This document shows, in pieces, positions 1 through 9,568 of a stretch of 50,953 nucleotides of DNA. The position numbers were made by a program, and so were the translations under genes. The notes under the pieces are model-generated. The model saw nothing but the letters and a program-made list of their open reading frames with translations, had not been told where the DNA came from and did not search any database. Within the stretch, counting starts at the first letter, position 1. Every line of letters begins with the position of its first letter. The DNA comes from an uncultured virus (IMG/VR IMGVR_UViG_2860317346_000001) (lineage: Duplodnaviria > Heunggongvirae > Uroviricota > Caudoviricetes), in IMG/VR virus record IMGVR_UViG_2860317346_000001, positions 124,001-174,953 of that record, one strand, 5' to 3'.

Positions 1-30
1 ATTTTTTTCTAACCGTAATGGTTTGTAAAT

Positions 31-85
31 AAAAAAAAAGCATCATCACGTTATACGAATACAATTTGCAGATATTAGATACACT
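31..85 (+). promoter_or_regulatory. Conserved upstream motif, copy 1 (A-tract-CATCATCACGWTATMCGAATACA...ACACT)
   Basis: Near-identical to 375-430 and 765-820; each copy lies upstream of a gene and after a T-rich tract. Confidence 0.7.
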
Positions 86-117
86 GTAGTTAAGCGATAA
101 CCATGAGGTGATGTACA

Positions 118-336
118 ATGTTTGTACCAGTAAATAGAATGTTTAACACGACCGAAGAATCCGTTGATGCGGCTATGGAGGTGTTACACATACTATCTCA
201 CGACCTTGCCGACCTTGATAAACCTGAAAACAAATACTTGTTGGATGTGTTGTATAAAAGGTTTGGTGTGATGGTGTGTCCGAATTGTGGTGCTACCATC
301 CGTGAAATACACGGGTGTAAGACCTGTAGGGTCTAA
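118..336 (+). CDS. Small protein with C-terminal Zn-ribbon (CPNC...CKTC)
   Basis: GAGGTGA RBS, CxxC pairs, T-tract after stop. Confidence 0.75.
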   Translation: MFVPVNRMFNTTEESVDAAMEVLHILSHDLADLDKPENKYLLDVLYKRFGVMVCPNCGATIREIHGCKTCRV

Positions 337-374
337 CCCTAATTCTTTTTTTTATTTTTATAGATTTCATTTAT

Positions 375-430
375 AAAAAAAAATCATCATCACGATATAC
401 GAATACAATTTGCGATACATTCGTTACACT
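375..430 (+). promoter_or_regulatory. Conserved upstream motif, copy 2
   Basis: CATCATCACGATATACGAATACAATTTGC at 385-413; ACACT at 426. Confidence 0.7.
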
Positions 431-526
431 ATTTTAGAGTGGGTAAAAAAGTAGGTTATGGTTTGTCTGTTGCAGAGACAACTCCTGTAGCTTACCGCTT
501 TATACCAACGTATTCAGGTGGTCTGA

Positions 527-727
527 ATGGATTTGAATATTGCGAAAGCAAACATGAATAAGCACGGTAACGGTCAAGCTGCTGTGCGGATAGAAGGAAA
601 GTTGTATGTTGTCAATGTGACTTCATACAATGATTTGACTATCAAAATTAATCGTATTTTAACTAGCTTAGGTTTACCTAAGTTAGATGACGATTACACG
701 CGAGAAGGTGATATAATAATCGCCTAA
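527..727 (+). CDS. Hypothetical small protein
   Basis: AGGTGG RBS, T-tract after stop. Confidence 0.7.
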   Translation: MDLNIAKANMNKHGNGQAAVRIEGKLYVVNVTSYNDLTIKINRILTSLGLPKLDDDYTREGDIIIA

Positions 728-764
728 ATATCTTTTCTTTCTTTTATTTTATATAAATCTATAT

Positions 765-820
765 AAAAAAAATCATCATCACGATATCCGAATACAGCTC
801 GCCACGTAGCTCTCCACACT
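765..820 (+). promoter_or_regulatory. Conserved upstream motif, copy 3
   Basis: CATCATCACGATATCCGAATACA at 774-796; ACACT at 816. Confidence 0.7.
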
Positions 821-854
821 ATTATACGGTGAACAAAAAACAATTGGTGAAACT

Positions 855-1262
855 ATGGCATTCGGTATCGGTACAACGACAGAAAACGCAGCAACAGGAA
901 ACAACTTCGGGTGGGTAGAAACAAAATACCCACTTGCATTAACAATATTCATTAACAAACCGATGGGAGACAAAGAAAAAGTTGTCGTCAAAATCATAGG
1001 CGACAAAACGAAATTCGACGTCGGTGGAACGTTCGCGAAAGGATATTCGTCAGCAGCATTCAAAGCGAACATGGAACGTGTTAAAACATTCCTAAACAAC
1101 ATAGCTGGTCAGGAAGAACAAGCAGTAAACTATCTTCTTGAGAACCATTACATTAAACTCGTACAGCAAGGCCCTGGAAACAAAGCCTTCTGGTACGTGT
1201 ACAAGCCTACAGAGAAGTTACTTCTCGAAGGCAACCTCGGTGTAGACGAAGGTCTACACTAA
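855..1262 (+). CDS. Hypothetical protein, possible C-terminal winged helix
   Basis: GGTGA RBS; AVNYLLENHYIKLV...YVYKPTEK resembles a wHTH recognition helix and wing. Confidence 0.75.
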   Translation: MAFGIGTTTENAATGNNFGWVETKYPLALTIFINKPMGDKEKVVVKIIGDKTKFDVGGTFAKGYSSAAFKANMERVKTFLNNIAGQEEQAVNYLLENHYIKLVQQGPGNKAFWYVYKPTEKLLLEGNLGVDEGLH

Positions 1263-1362
1263 ACATTTTATTTTTTTACAAAACAACAACCAAACAAACA
1301 CATCATACGCACAATCATCATAAACGTATTTAACACGACGCGTTATGTACAAAGGTATACAC

Positions 1363-1387
1363 GGGAATGGGGCGAAGCCCCATTCCC
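1363..1387 (+). terminator. Perfect 11-bp hairpin with GAA triloop followed by T-rich tract
   Basis: GGGAATGGGGC-GAA-GCCCCATTCCC then TTTCTTATTTTT. Confidence 0.6.
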
Positions 1388-1652
1388 TTTCTTATTTTTA
1401 TAGGCTAATCACCCGCCATATTAGGAATATAATTTTCACCTGACACTATTTTATGATGGTAATAAATGTTATTTTATTACCTATTCTTTATCAATCAATC
1501 ACGACTGCTGCGCTGGTTTGGTGAACGTCATTTAAAGCTGCGCTTTAAATAGAAACGAAGCTGAAACAGTAGGGCACGTGTGCGGTTGAACGAGAATACG
1601 AATCAAAACAAACCACATTAAAACAAACAGTACAAACAAACAGGTGAACAAT

Positions 1653-2426
1653 ATGTTTTCAAACCTCTTCGGAATGGACAATACAGGTAAAGACAATGGA
1701 GCAGCAGTAGCTGCGGACAATAACGATAATATCAAACGTACCTATGACGCAATGGTACAAGCAACTGGAAACGTTGCTGTACACCATAAATATGCGGATT
1801 TCAGTGAGAAACCTCTCGGCTGGAACTTCGGTATCTCAATGGACGAATCAAAATTAGAACACCAAAGAGTCATCAAGTCATTCGACTGTATGGCACACAA
1901 AATAGTAGACAAAAGGTACACCTCGTGTGCCGTAATGCACGAAACAGGTCAGTGGATTGGCCGAGAAATCGCAAACGGTAACATAAAACCAGAAACGATG
2001 AAAGCAATCTATGGTGACGACGTTGTAAAAGCGTCAGAACACGAAGTGAAAGTACTCATGCGAAGTAGTGGCGTAGAACTAAATGACAGAAGATTGGAAG
2101 CAGCAATCGCAGCTTGGCCATTAACAGGATACGTACCAAACGGTGCGCCTATCATAAACGCTAACGCCATGATAGGCGTTATGAACGAAGGATTAATCGA
2201 ATTATACGACCAATACTGGGGTCAGGTGTATGAACTGGTCGCAAGGTCAAACAACAGACGACCGAGTGGAAAATCTATCCTTGTGTCGAAATGCAACTTA
2301 ATGACGTACGATGACCTCAATGTGGCAATGTCGGCAGCTCAAACAACTAAAACTAAAAAGAAAGACACTGGAAACGATATATTCGGTGGAATCATTGGAG
2401 GAACAAGTTCGTTGTTCGGATTGTAA
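1653..2426 (+). CDS. Hypothetical protein (upstream of RNAP genes)
   Basis: Long ORF; AGGTGA RBS puts the start at ATG 1653. Confidence 0.85.
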   Translation: MFSNLFGMDNTGKDNGAAVAADNNDNIKRTYDAMVQATGNVAVHHKYADFSEKPLGWNFGISMDESKLEHQRVIKSFDCMAHKIVDKRYTSCAVMHETGQWIGREIANGNIKPETMKAIYGDDVVKASEHEVKVLMRSSGVELNDRRLEAAIAAWPLTGYVPNGAPIINANAMIGVMNEGLIELYDQYWGQVYELVARSNNRRPSGKSILVSKCNLMTYDDLNVAMSAAQTTKTKKKDTGNDIFGGIIGGTSSLFGL

Positions 2427-2437
2427 AGGTGGTTCAA

Positions 2438-2830
2438 ATGCGTATCGAAACAATGAAAACACCAGGAATGTTTGATACTATGTCCGCAAGTGACATGGTA
2501 TCGCTGCTGTACGCAATACGTGCAGCAGTACATACCCAACTTAACTGGAAGTCATTCCAGACGCAAATACAACACGGGAATATCTTCGCTCGTGTAATAT
2601 TCGAAATGGACAATTTCGACGAAATCATAAAGAAGATAACGCTACCCGCAACGGAAGCTCTGCCGTATGAACAGATGAAATCATACCCACGAAACAGTCA
2701 GACGCCGGTCAGATTGGTAGTGGAACCAGAGTATTCTGGGCTCAAAGAAATCGTTGAGCTCATATACTTACGAGCAAGGAAGTTACAATTCAACGTGACA
2801 GACGCGGATAGCGTCTATGAATTCGCATAA
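2438..2830 (+). CDS. Hypothetical protein (candidate RNAP-associated)
   Basis: AGGTGG RBS before ATG 2438; adjacent to the RNAP genes. Confidence 0.8.
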   Translation: MRIETMKTPGMFDTMSASDMVSLLYAIRAAVHTQLNWKSFQTQIQHGNIFARVIFEMDNFDEIIKKITLPATEALPYEQMKSYPRNSQTPVRLVVEPEYSGLKEIVELIYLRARKLQFNVTDADSVYEFA

Positions 2831-2884
2831 CTAAATACAATCTAACACTTTTCTTTTTAAACAAAATCTAACACGAGGGAAATT

Positions 2885-4534
2885 ATGAACAGATTCAGCT
2901 CAATCGTAGCTGTGCGTGAAGACGCACTCCAATTATTTCAGATAGCTAAAAACGCTAAACACACTGGTGTCGTGCAGAAGCATGACAGGTTCGGAAAATA
3001 CAACAGGTTCCTTCCCGGAACCCACGATACGATGAAACGGTTCGTCATTGACGACCTCATCAAAAGACGGCTGCATAACTCGATTTATGCGAAGGCGAGT
3101 GTAAACAATGACCTCGCCGATGACGAAATGGGTGTACCAAAAACTTTATCGGAGACAATTCCGGTAAAAGTGTTAAACGTAGAAGACGCAACGGAAGTAG
3201 TCTTCAAAACCGGAGAGTTCGATTCCGGTAAATTCAAACACAAAAAGATACAGGACTACGTAGAAGGTAGACATTTCTACCCAGGTAACGTAGTTCGGGT
3301 GAACGATGCGTTGTTCATCGTAAGTAGTGACGGTACGTTTGAAGAAGAAATCGTACCAGTGGTACTCCTTAGACGGGGTGTGAAAGACGGTGACGAAGTT
3401 ATTATAATCCGCCACCCCGTAAAAGCACTGAATACCATTCTTCACAAGAAAGTGAAAATCGTGGACACCGGAGACGTTAAACAGTACGTATTACAGTTTA
3501 CGAACGTAACAATAAAATACATCGAAGGAGACTTCGATGGTGATGCGGTAAATGCACTATTCTTCGATTCACTTCACGCAGACGTAGATATAGATAAACC
3601 AGCTGAAAAAGCCGGTAAACCAACAATCAGGCTAGACAAGAAACTACCACCCGTAGCTGAAAGTACAATGAATAGACTGGATGTTTCGGCGATGTTAAAC
3701 ATCGAGGAACCAGTACCATTCATCCTAGCGATATCAAAGTCCATCATGGGTCACCAGTTGGATATCGATGATGTTAAGAAATACATATCCGATTGTCGAA
3801 TTTCGGTATTACTTAACCAAATAATACTATACCCGATAGCACGAAAAGCTATCGAGTTACAAGATGGAGCACGATTAAGGTACCTTGCACAGAAATACGA
3901 TATGAAAATGAACATCCCAGATGGGATGGACGCTGTAGTAGACTACGATTACGCAAATGAAGAACGCATGAGCGAGAACATGGAAATGTTCATCAGGTGC
4001 TACTTCAAGGGCTACGGCCCAAAGTTGAGTGGCTACGTACAGAAACTTCTACTCGATGTTAGTGGAAACTTCAGTATCGAGGACAATAAACTGTTATACA
4101 GAGGGGACACTGTATACACGGACAGAGAACTTAGAGGTAAACACCTTATCGAGGTCATCGAACTGATAAACGCCCTTCAACAGGACGTTATCGGACTGAA
4201 ACATATAGATGCGCCGTTGTCAAATTTGGACAGAGCATACGCATTACAGCGATTGTTCCAGTCTAAAACCAAAGTAAAAGCTATCGGTGCCGATGGTTGT
4301 ATACGAATATTCGAAAGCTTCGGGCTCAACAAGTGCGCTGCGAAGATGGCAACGATATGTCTGTACGCAATCACTGGAGCTGAACTTCCAGGTACACCAA
4401 TAGTAAACTGTCATGGAACAAAAGAAAACTTGACGTGGAGCTGGGGTGTAGCGGACAGATTTATCAAAGGCGACATCAGAGAAACACCGATAACGTACGG
4501 TGTGACGAATTTCATTAAACATAATCAAATTTAA
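2885..4534 (+). CDS. Divergent two-barrel RNA polymerase catalytic subunit (beta'/RpoA'-like)
   Basis: KRRLHNS..LADDEMGVP matches GKRVNFS..LSIDEVGVP; DGDEVIIIRHP matches DGDIVLFNRQP; YIEGDFDGDAVN matches YNADFDGDEMN; motifs in the correct order. Confidence 0.85.
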   Translation: MNRFSSIVAVREDALQLFQIAKNAKHTGVVQKHDRFGKYNRFLPGTHDTMKRFVIDDLIKRRLHNSIYAKASVNNDLADDEMGVPKTLSETIPVKVLNVEDATEVVFKTGEFDSGKFKHKKIQDYVEGRHFYPGNVVRVNDALFIVSSDGTFEEEIVPVVLLRRGVKDGDEVIIIRHPVKALNTILHKKVKIVDTGDVKQYVLQFTNVTIKYIEGDFDGDAVNALFFDSLHADVDIDKPAEKAGKPTIRLDKKLPPVAESTMNRLDVSAMLNIEEPVPFILAISKSIMGHQLDIDDVKKYISDCRISVLLNQIILYPIARKAIELQDGARLRYLAQKYDMKMNIPDGMDAVVDYDYANEERMSENMEMFIRCYFKGYGPKLSGYVQKLLLDVSGNFSIEDNKLLYRGDTVYTDRELRGKHLIEVIELINALQQDVIGLKHIDAPLSNLDRAYALQRLFQSKTKVKAIGADGCIRIFESFGLNKCAAKMATICLYAITGAELPGTPIVNCHGTKENLTWSWGVADRFIKGDIRETPITYGVTNFIKHNQI

Positions 4535-4556
4535 ACAAACAAACAGGTGTAAGAAC

Positions 4557-5645
4557 ATGTCAAAAATCCTATCCAACATACAAAACATAACTATCATAGA
4601 AAAGGAAACGAATCCAAATATTCGTAACCTTTTATGGAAAAGGGCACTGAACAGTGCCATCACGAATGTGCACTATAACGTCACAACAAGACGAGCATAC
4701 ATCCGAAATGGGAACTACGGAAAAGGACTCGTATCTGAAGAGATACGAGAACCATCATGTGTAGTCGTGCCAGTTGCACACTTAAACGTGTACGACTGCG
4801 CAGAAGATATCTTTATCGTGAATGACAGCACGATGAAGGAAGAAATCAAGGTCACGAAAGTACATGTGCTAGAGAAAGACACATGTACAGTAATGAGCGG
4901 TGACAAGGTCACAAAAGGTCAGACCATCGCTTACAGGGAAGAGCCGTACTACCAAGTCGGCTCGAAACTTGATGGTGTTGTCGAAGTCATCAGAACGGTG
5001 TTCGACGAAAGAGTGGTAATCACCCAGACATTCAGACTCGCTGATACAATCGGCGTAAAGATGATTGGGTACGATGCCCAGAAGGGAACAACGATTCTCG
5101 GTCACGACAGATTCGAAATCGTTGATAAACAACCAGACGCAGACATGAAAGCTTCATTCGAAGCAAATGGTATCGAAGTACTACCGATACCAGAAGACTT
5201 CAATCAGATATCAATCGTAGGTGACGCTGATTCGATATTGAAACGCGAATCGAGTGGGTATCTCGCAAACATATCCCTGGGGATGAAACACGATACCTAT
5301 CGTGAACCTGAATGGGACAGCTACAGGCACGTGTACGCTGGGAAGGTCTTGGACAAGAAGACAGGAACCGTACATGACGCGATAGTCGGTATCGCAACGT
5401 TCGTGGTCGGAGAACAAACTCCGAACTACGAACTAAAAGTACCTAAGTCCACACACGAATTGATTGGGCGAGCAAACGCCGCTCCATCAACGGATATCTT
5501 TAGCCAGTACTTCATGGCTGCGAAGTACCCAGAGGACATTAACAGAATTCTCGGAAACGAGATAATCGATTGTATCGATTGGGATGAGGTGTCGCGACAC
5601 GGTAAGATGATTACTGGACAGGAAATCGCGGTGTCATTCAAATGA
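4557..5645 (+). CDS. Divergent two-barrel RNA polymerase second subunit (beta/RpoB C-terminal-like)
   Basis: YDCAEDIFIVN matches GYNQEDAIIIN; GVKMIGYDAQKGT matches GDKFASRHGQKGV; IVGDADSILKRESSG matches IIINPHAIPSRMTIG; LDKKTG matches YDGRTG. Confidence 0.8.
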   Translation: MSKILSNIQNITIIEKETNPNIRNLLWKRALNSAITNVHYNVTTRRAYIRNGNYGKGLVSEEIREPSCVVVPVAHLNVYDCAEDIFIVNDSTMKEEIKVTKVHVLEKDTCTVMSGDKVTKGQTIAYREEPYYQVGSKLDGVVEVIRTVFDERVVITQTFRLADTIGVKMIGYDAQKGTTILGHDRFEIVDKQPDADMKASFEANGIEVLPIPEDFNQISIVGDADSILKRESSGYLANISLGMKHDTYREPEWDSYRHVYAGKVLDKKTGTVHDAIVGIATFVVGEQTPNYELKVPKSTHELIGRANAAPSTDIFSQYFMAAKYPEDINRILGNEIIDCIDWDEVSRHGKMITGQEIAVSFK

Positions 5646-6094
5646 TACACCTCATTCCATCTAACCATACACAATTTGCCAGAACAATGGAGCGTCTGGA
5701 AACGCTACCAGATATCGATATAATGCTACTCGAAATGAACTTCAAAACCGCAATCAAGGTTGCGTTATATACGAAGTTATTCGGTAAAACATTCTATCGT
5801 GACCAATACGCTGGTTATGTGTACGCAAAACGTCGTGGCGTACAGTGTCAACTGATGTTGGACGAAAATTGTTCAACACCAAGTTCATCATTCTTCCCGA
5901 ACGGAGTTGAAACTAACGACTTATCGTTTAACGAAGAACTCGTAAACCACAAACCCGCGTACAATAAGATGATTGAACGCGCAATCAAAGCCTACGGCGA
6001 TAGAAATGCGGCTGTCGTTGTAGGAAGTGCACATACAGCACACATCGTACGGATGTGTAAAGAAAACGGAATCGACTACACTGTAGTCGCTTAA
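5642..6094 (+). CDS. Hypothetical protein, TraB/ChaN/EreA-like motifs
   Basis: Overlaps the upstream stop (ATGA); LLEM and VVVGSAH motifs. Confidence 0.5.
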   Translation: MIHLIPSNHTQFARTMERLETLPDIDIMLLEMNFKTAIKVALYTKLFGKTFYRDQYAGYVYAKRRGVQCQLMLDENCSTPSSSFFPNGVETNDLSFNEELVNHKPAYNKMIERAIKAYGDRNAAVVVGSAHTAHIVRMCKENGIDYTVVA

Positions 6095-6110
6095 ACGTTT
6101 GAGGGGAAAC

Positions 6111-6770
6111 ATGATAGAAGTGGAACACAAGTATCGTGGACTAGTGGACGACGTTGACATAGTTACAGGTCGTACAGCTGAACTCATCACAGAAGATGAC
6201 AACAGAATGCTAATCTCTGGTTCGAAAAGGTTCGAGAGCGTGATGAACACGTTCATGGACCATAAACCGGTTACTATACGTAATCAAACACAGAAAGACG
6301 ACTTTATCAAAGCGGTATTCAATACCAAACTAGATAACATCGTCGCAAGAATCTTGTTCAGTAAATCAGAAAACGGTGAGGTCGGAGAATTCTCGACAAC
6401 CAGAATGTGTAACTGGTTTCGCAGCAATTACACGTGGAAAAAGCGTGATGACCACACCGTAGTAGACCCTATAACGTTCTTCAAAGAACGTACAGGCGTC
6501 TGTGCGGACGCAACAATGTTCATGTTAAAGACGATACCAAACAATTATCGGTATCTTCTACAGAGAACACCAAGAGGTGGAAAAGCAGGACACGTCGCAG
6601 CAGGTATACGATTTGACAAGAACATATTGGTGCTCGACCAAACCAGTAAATACATGCTACGTGACAGAATCGGTGATTTCGACGTCATGTACGGCATGAA
6701 CATGCAAGATAGAACAGTAGCAATGTTAAACTTGCATACGAACGAAATCATCAAAACAGTACAGATGTAA
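6111..6770 (+). CDS. Transglutaminase-like (Cys-His-Asp) cysteine protease domain protein
   Basis: GVCADAT...GHVAAG...VLDQT triad motifs. Confidence 0.7.
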   Translation: MIEVEHKYRGLVDDVDIVTGRTAELITEDDNRMLISGSKRFESVMNTFMDHKPVTIRNQTQKDDFIKAVFNTKLDNIVARILFSKSENGEVGEFSTTRMCNWFRSNYTWKKRDDHTVVDPITFFKERTGVCADATMFMLKTIPNNYRYLLQRTPRGGKAGHVAAGIRFDKNILVLDQTSKYMLRDRIGDFDVMYGMNMQDRTVAMLNLHTNEIIKTVQM

Positions 6771-7086
6771 ACGTGATTGGGCAAAAACGCTCAATCGTTT
6801 TATTTTTTTTTCGTAAATTTCCAAAAACAATGTACGTTTGAAAAATTTGAAACGTACACGATTGCTTGTTTGAATTTCTTCGCAAATACATGTATGTCTA
6901 AAACAGCTTTCGTGTATTCGCGAGTACAAAATGGAGAGAACCAGCATTTTCGCAAGATGTCAGTTCGTTTTTCGTTGTTAGGTGACTCACCTTGGGAGTA
7001 CATCTGCGGTAATTTGCTGGCTAAATGAACGCTGGACTAGCTCATATATAAACGCTTTCGTAAATTTTATTTTTTTTATAAAATAG

Positions 7087-7134
7087 TACACCACCTTACA
7101 CTAACTTACACTACCTTACACCACCCTACACCAC
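7087..7134. repeat. Five 10-bp tandem repeats (TACACYAMYY)
   Basis: tacaccacct tacactaact tacactacct tacaccaccc tacaccac. Confidence 0.85.
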
Positions 7135-7281
7135 AACGCGTGATAAATCACGCTTAGCCAATTTTTTCACTTCTCTCGCCTTGAAGCGCATTTTTATATC
7201 ACACTCACACGCACACGGCACCAAAAACCAAATCAAGGCGCATATAAGTGGTATACCGACAGGTATACAGTGAATAGACTA

Positions 7282-7452
7282 AGTGATATACATGGTACAG
7301 TGGTATAGTGATATACCTAGCCGTGTATACACGTATAACAGTGATACAATGATACATGTAGAACCGTATACTAGTGATATACCTACATTAGGTAGGTATG
7401 TACATACATAGAACTGTATATCAGTGATACAATGATACAATGAACCATATAC
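7282..7452. repeat. Cluster of short dispersed repeats (AGTGATATAC x3, CAGTGATACAATGATAC x2, GAACYRTATA x3)
   Basis: Read directly in a non-coding region. Confidence 0.75.
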
Positions 7453-7492
7453 TATATGAAATAGCTACGATGTGTAGCGATACGGTGAGAAA

Positions 7493-7876
7493 ATGAAAAC
7501 AATAATATTAGATTTTATAAAAACACATGACATCAACCTACCGATTAAAGACGAAGACATACACGACGTCTACGATAAGATGATGGATACACCTACTATC
7601 CAAGCAGGACTATTCGCGCTACTAGGTGATGTATCTAGTGAATATAAACGGTGTCCGCACTGCCAAAGCGTTATCAACACGCTTATACAGGAATATGGGG
7701 CAGGTGCACAATGTGAATGTAAACTGGGTGAAGACGGCGACATGGACTTTGGTGAAACGCTACCAGGTGATGCATCAACGGAATCATATAACTGTCCAGC
7801 GTGTGGTAGAGTGATATGTACCCACGATGACGACGCCGTGGCGTTTTTCAAAACGGGTATAGCTGAAGTAGAGTGA
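7493..7876 (+). CDS. Zn-ribbon protein
   Basis: CPHC...CPACG; GGTGA RBS. Confidence 0.75.
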   Translation: MKTIILDFIKTHDINLPIKDEDIHDVYDKMMDTPTIQAGLFALLGDVSSEYKRCPHCQSVINTLIQEYGAGAQCECKLGEDGDMDFGETLPGDASTESYNCPACGRVICTHDDDAVAFFKTGIAEVE

Positions 7877-7880
7877 TACA

Positions 7881-8573
7881 ATGGAGATAAAACGAACGAA
7901 AGTAGTAAATAGACGTCGTAGTCAATTCGACGTATACATAGGACGACCGAGCATATGGGGCAACCCACACGAATTAACGAACAAAGCCGATATAGATGAA
8001 AGACGAGCTGTCTGTGATAAGTTCGAACATGATTTACAAAACAACCCTGAACTATTAGCGAAGTTACCGGAGTTGATAGGAAAGCGTCTAGGGTGTTTCT
8101 GTCACCCTGAAGAGTGTCACGGTGACAGAATAATAAAAGTAATGAAAGAACGAGGATTGATCGGAATGGAAATATTAAATTGTACACCACATGAAATAGG
8201 ATTGATAAGCGGTACCATTAAACAGACGGTACCGACACAGGGGCTCATACGAGCACAACAAGAATCAGTACAGAATGATGTACTCACGTGGACCGTAGAT
8301 GGTCAGCAGATGACGATACCAGTAGTGAAAAATCAGTATAAAGCTCCCACGTTCGATGTAGACCTTGACCTCTTGAGAGATGCAGATATGGTGATTGTTT
8401 CCCTCCTAGCAGGGAAAGCTATCATGGACTACAAAGGTGAAGTAGAAGCGTACTTCGCTCAGAACGGATACAGATTCGACATAAGTAAATACTACATCAT
8501 CGGAAACGCCGTAAGGGGCGAAGGTGGTGTGATAATAGGTGCTGACGCACTCACAAGGATTACAGATTTATAA
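7881..8573 (+). CDS. DUF4326-like domain fused to a phage-type NxTPH domain
   Basis: DVYIGRPSIWGNP...GKRLGCFCHPEECHGD, then MEILNCTPHEI. Confidence 0.75.
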   Translation: MEIKRTKVVNRRRSQFDVYIGRPSIWGNPHELTNKADIDERRAVCDKFEHDLQNNPELLAKLPELIGKRLGCFCHPEECHGDRIIKVMKERGLIGMEILNCTPHEIGLISGTIKQTVPTQGLIRAQQESVQNDVLTWTVDGQQMTIPVVKNQYKAPTFDVDLDLLRDADMVIVSLLAGKAIMDYKGEVEAYFAQNGYRFDISKYYIIGNAVRGEGGVIIGADALTRITDL

Positions 8574-8578
8574 ATTTA

Positions 8579-9148
8579 ATGAACAAACAGGTGATACATA
8601 CGATACATATAGCAAACATCGGTGACGTCTTGTCGATAGACGTTGAATCTAATGGATTACGAGGGAAACCTTTCGCGGTTTCCCTAATCAGACAACATGC
8701 GGACGGTACAATCCAGAAGGTATCCTGTAGATGCCCGTGTGAAAACCCTAACCCGTGGGTTGCAGAAAATGTACTACCATACATGGCAGTGCCAGAAACA
8801 CACAAGACATACGAAGAAATGCTTGTGGCTGTAGGAAACGCATTCCACAATTTAAAGAACGGTGCTGTAGTGATAGCTCACTGCGGAGCACCAGTGGAAG
8901 CAACGCTATTTGATGAACTGTATAAAGCTAATGTGATGGGCGAGTTTGATGGACCATTCCCGTTACATGAACTTGCAACCGTGTTAGCGGTATTAGGTGA
9001 AAACCCACACAGTACAGATGAGTACTGTAAGAAGTACAACATCGTGATAGACGGCGTTGAAGGGTCTACACATGACCCCGAGTACGATGCGATGGTTGCA
9101 CTAAAAGTGTGGAACCACTGTATGAGTAGGATAACACCTACCGAATGA
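8579..9148 (+). CDS. DEDDh 3'-5' exonuclease
   Basis: SIDVESNGL (ExoI) and HDPEYDA (ExoIII). Confidence 0.75.
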   Translation: MNKQVIHTIHIANIGDVLSIDVESNGLRGKPFAVSLIRQHADGTIQKVSCRCPCENPNPWVAENVLPYMAVPETHKTYEEMLVAVGNAFHNLKNGAVVIAHCGAPVEATLFDELYKANVMGEFDGPFPLHELATVLAVLGENPHSTDEYCKKYNIVIDGVEGSTHDPEYDAMVALKVWNHCMSRITPTE

Positions 9149-9568
9149 ATGTAATTACAATGTTAGATGATGAATCGGTGATATCCGTTCATCACAGCTA
9201 TTCTCATTTTCGTGGAACATCACGAGCTTAACGTACACGTATCTATGGAGTACCATAACCCAATAGAGCTGTATATACACATGTTATGTACATATGTGGA
9301 TAACTGCACAAAGTGACCTTAGACGATATCCAGTGTTATATGATATGTCGGCGATGACGTGCATGCACAGAGCCAAATTAAGCCGTGATTAAACGATTTG
9401 ACATTCCCATTCTATGCGATGACGTACTAACAATCCGATCCCAAACATTGTTACTACTGAGCATTCCCATTCCCAAACCTGAATTGTGTTACTAAATGCA
9501 GGATACTAAACGAACCACGACTATAAATGATATAAAACAAATCAAAACGAATAAACAGGTGAATTGAT

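Noticed and set aside
31..820. Repeats read as a CRISPR array
   Set aside because: Spacing is 340-390 bp with genes in between, not 30-45-nt spacers; no cas genes are present
6777..7028. Overlapping short ORFs after the transglutaminase-like gene
   Set aside because: Atypical composition and no RBS; more likely a non-coding control region
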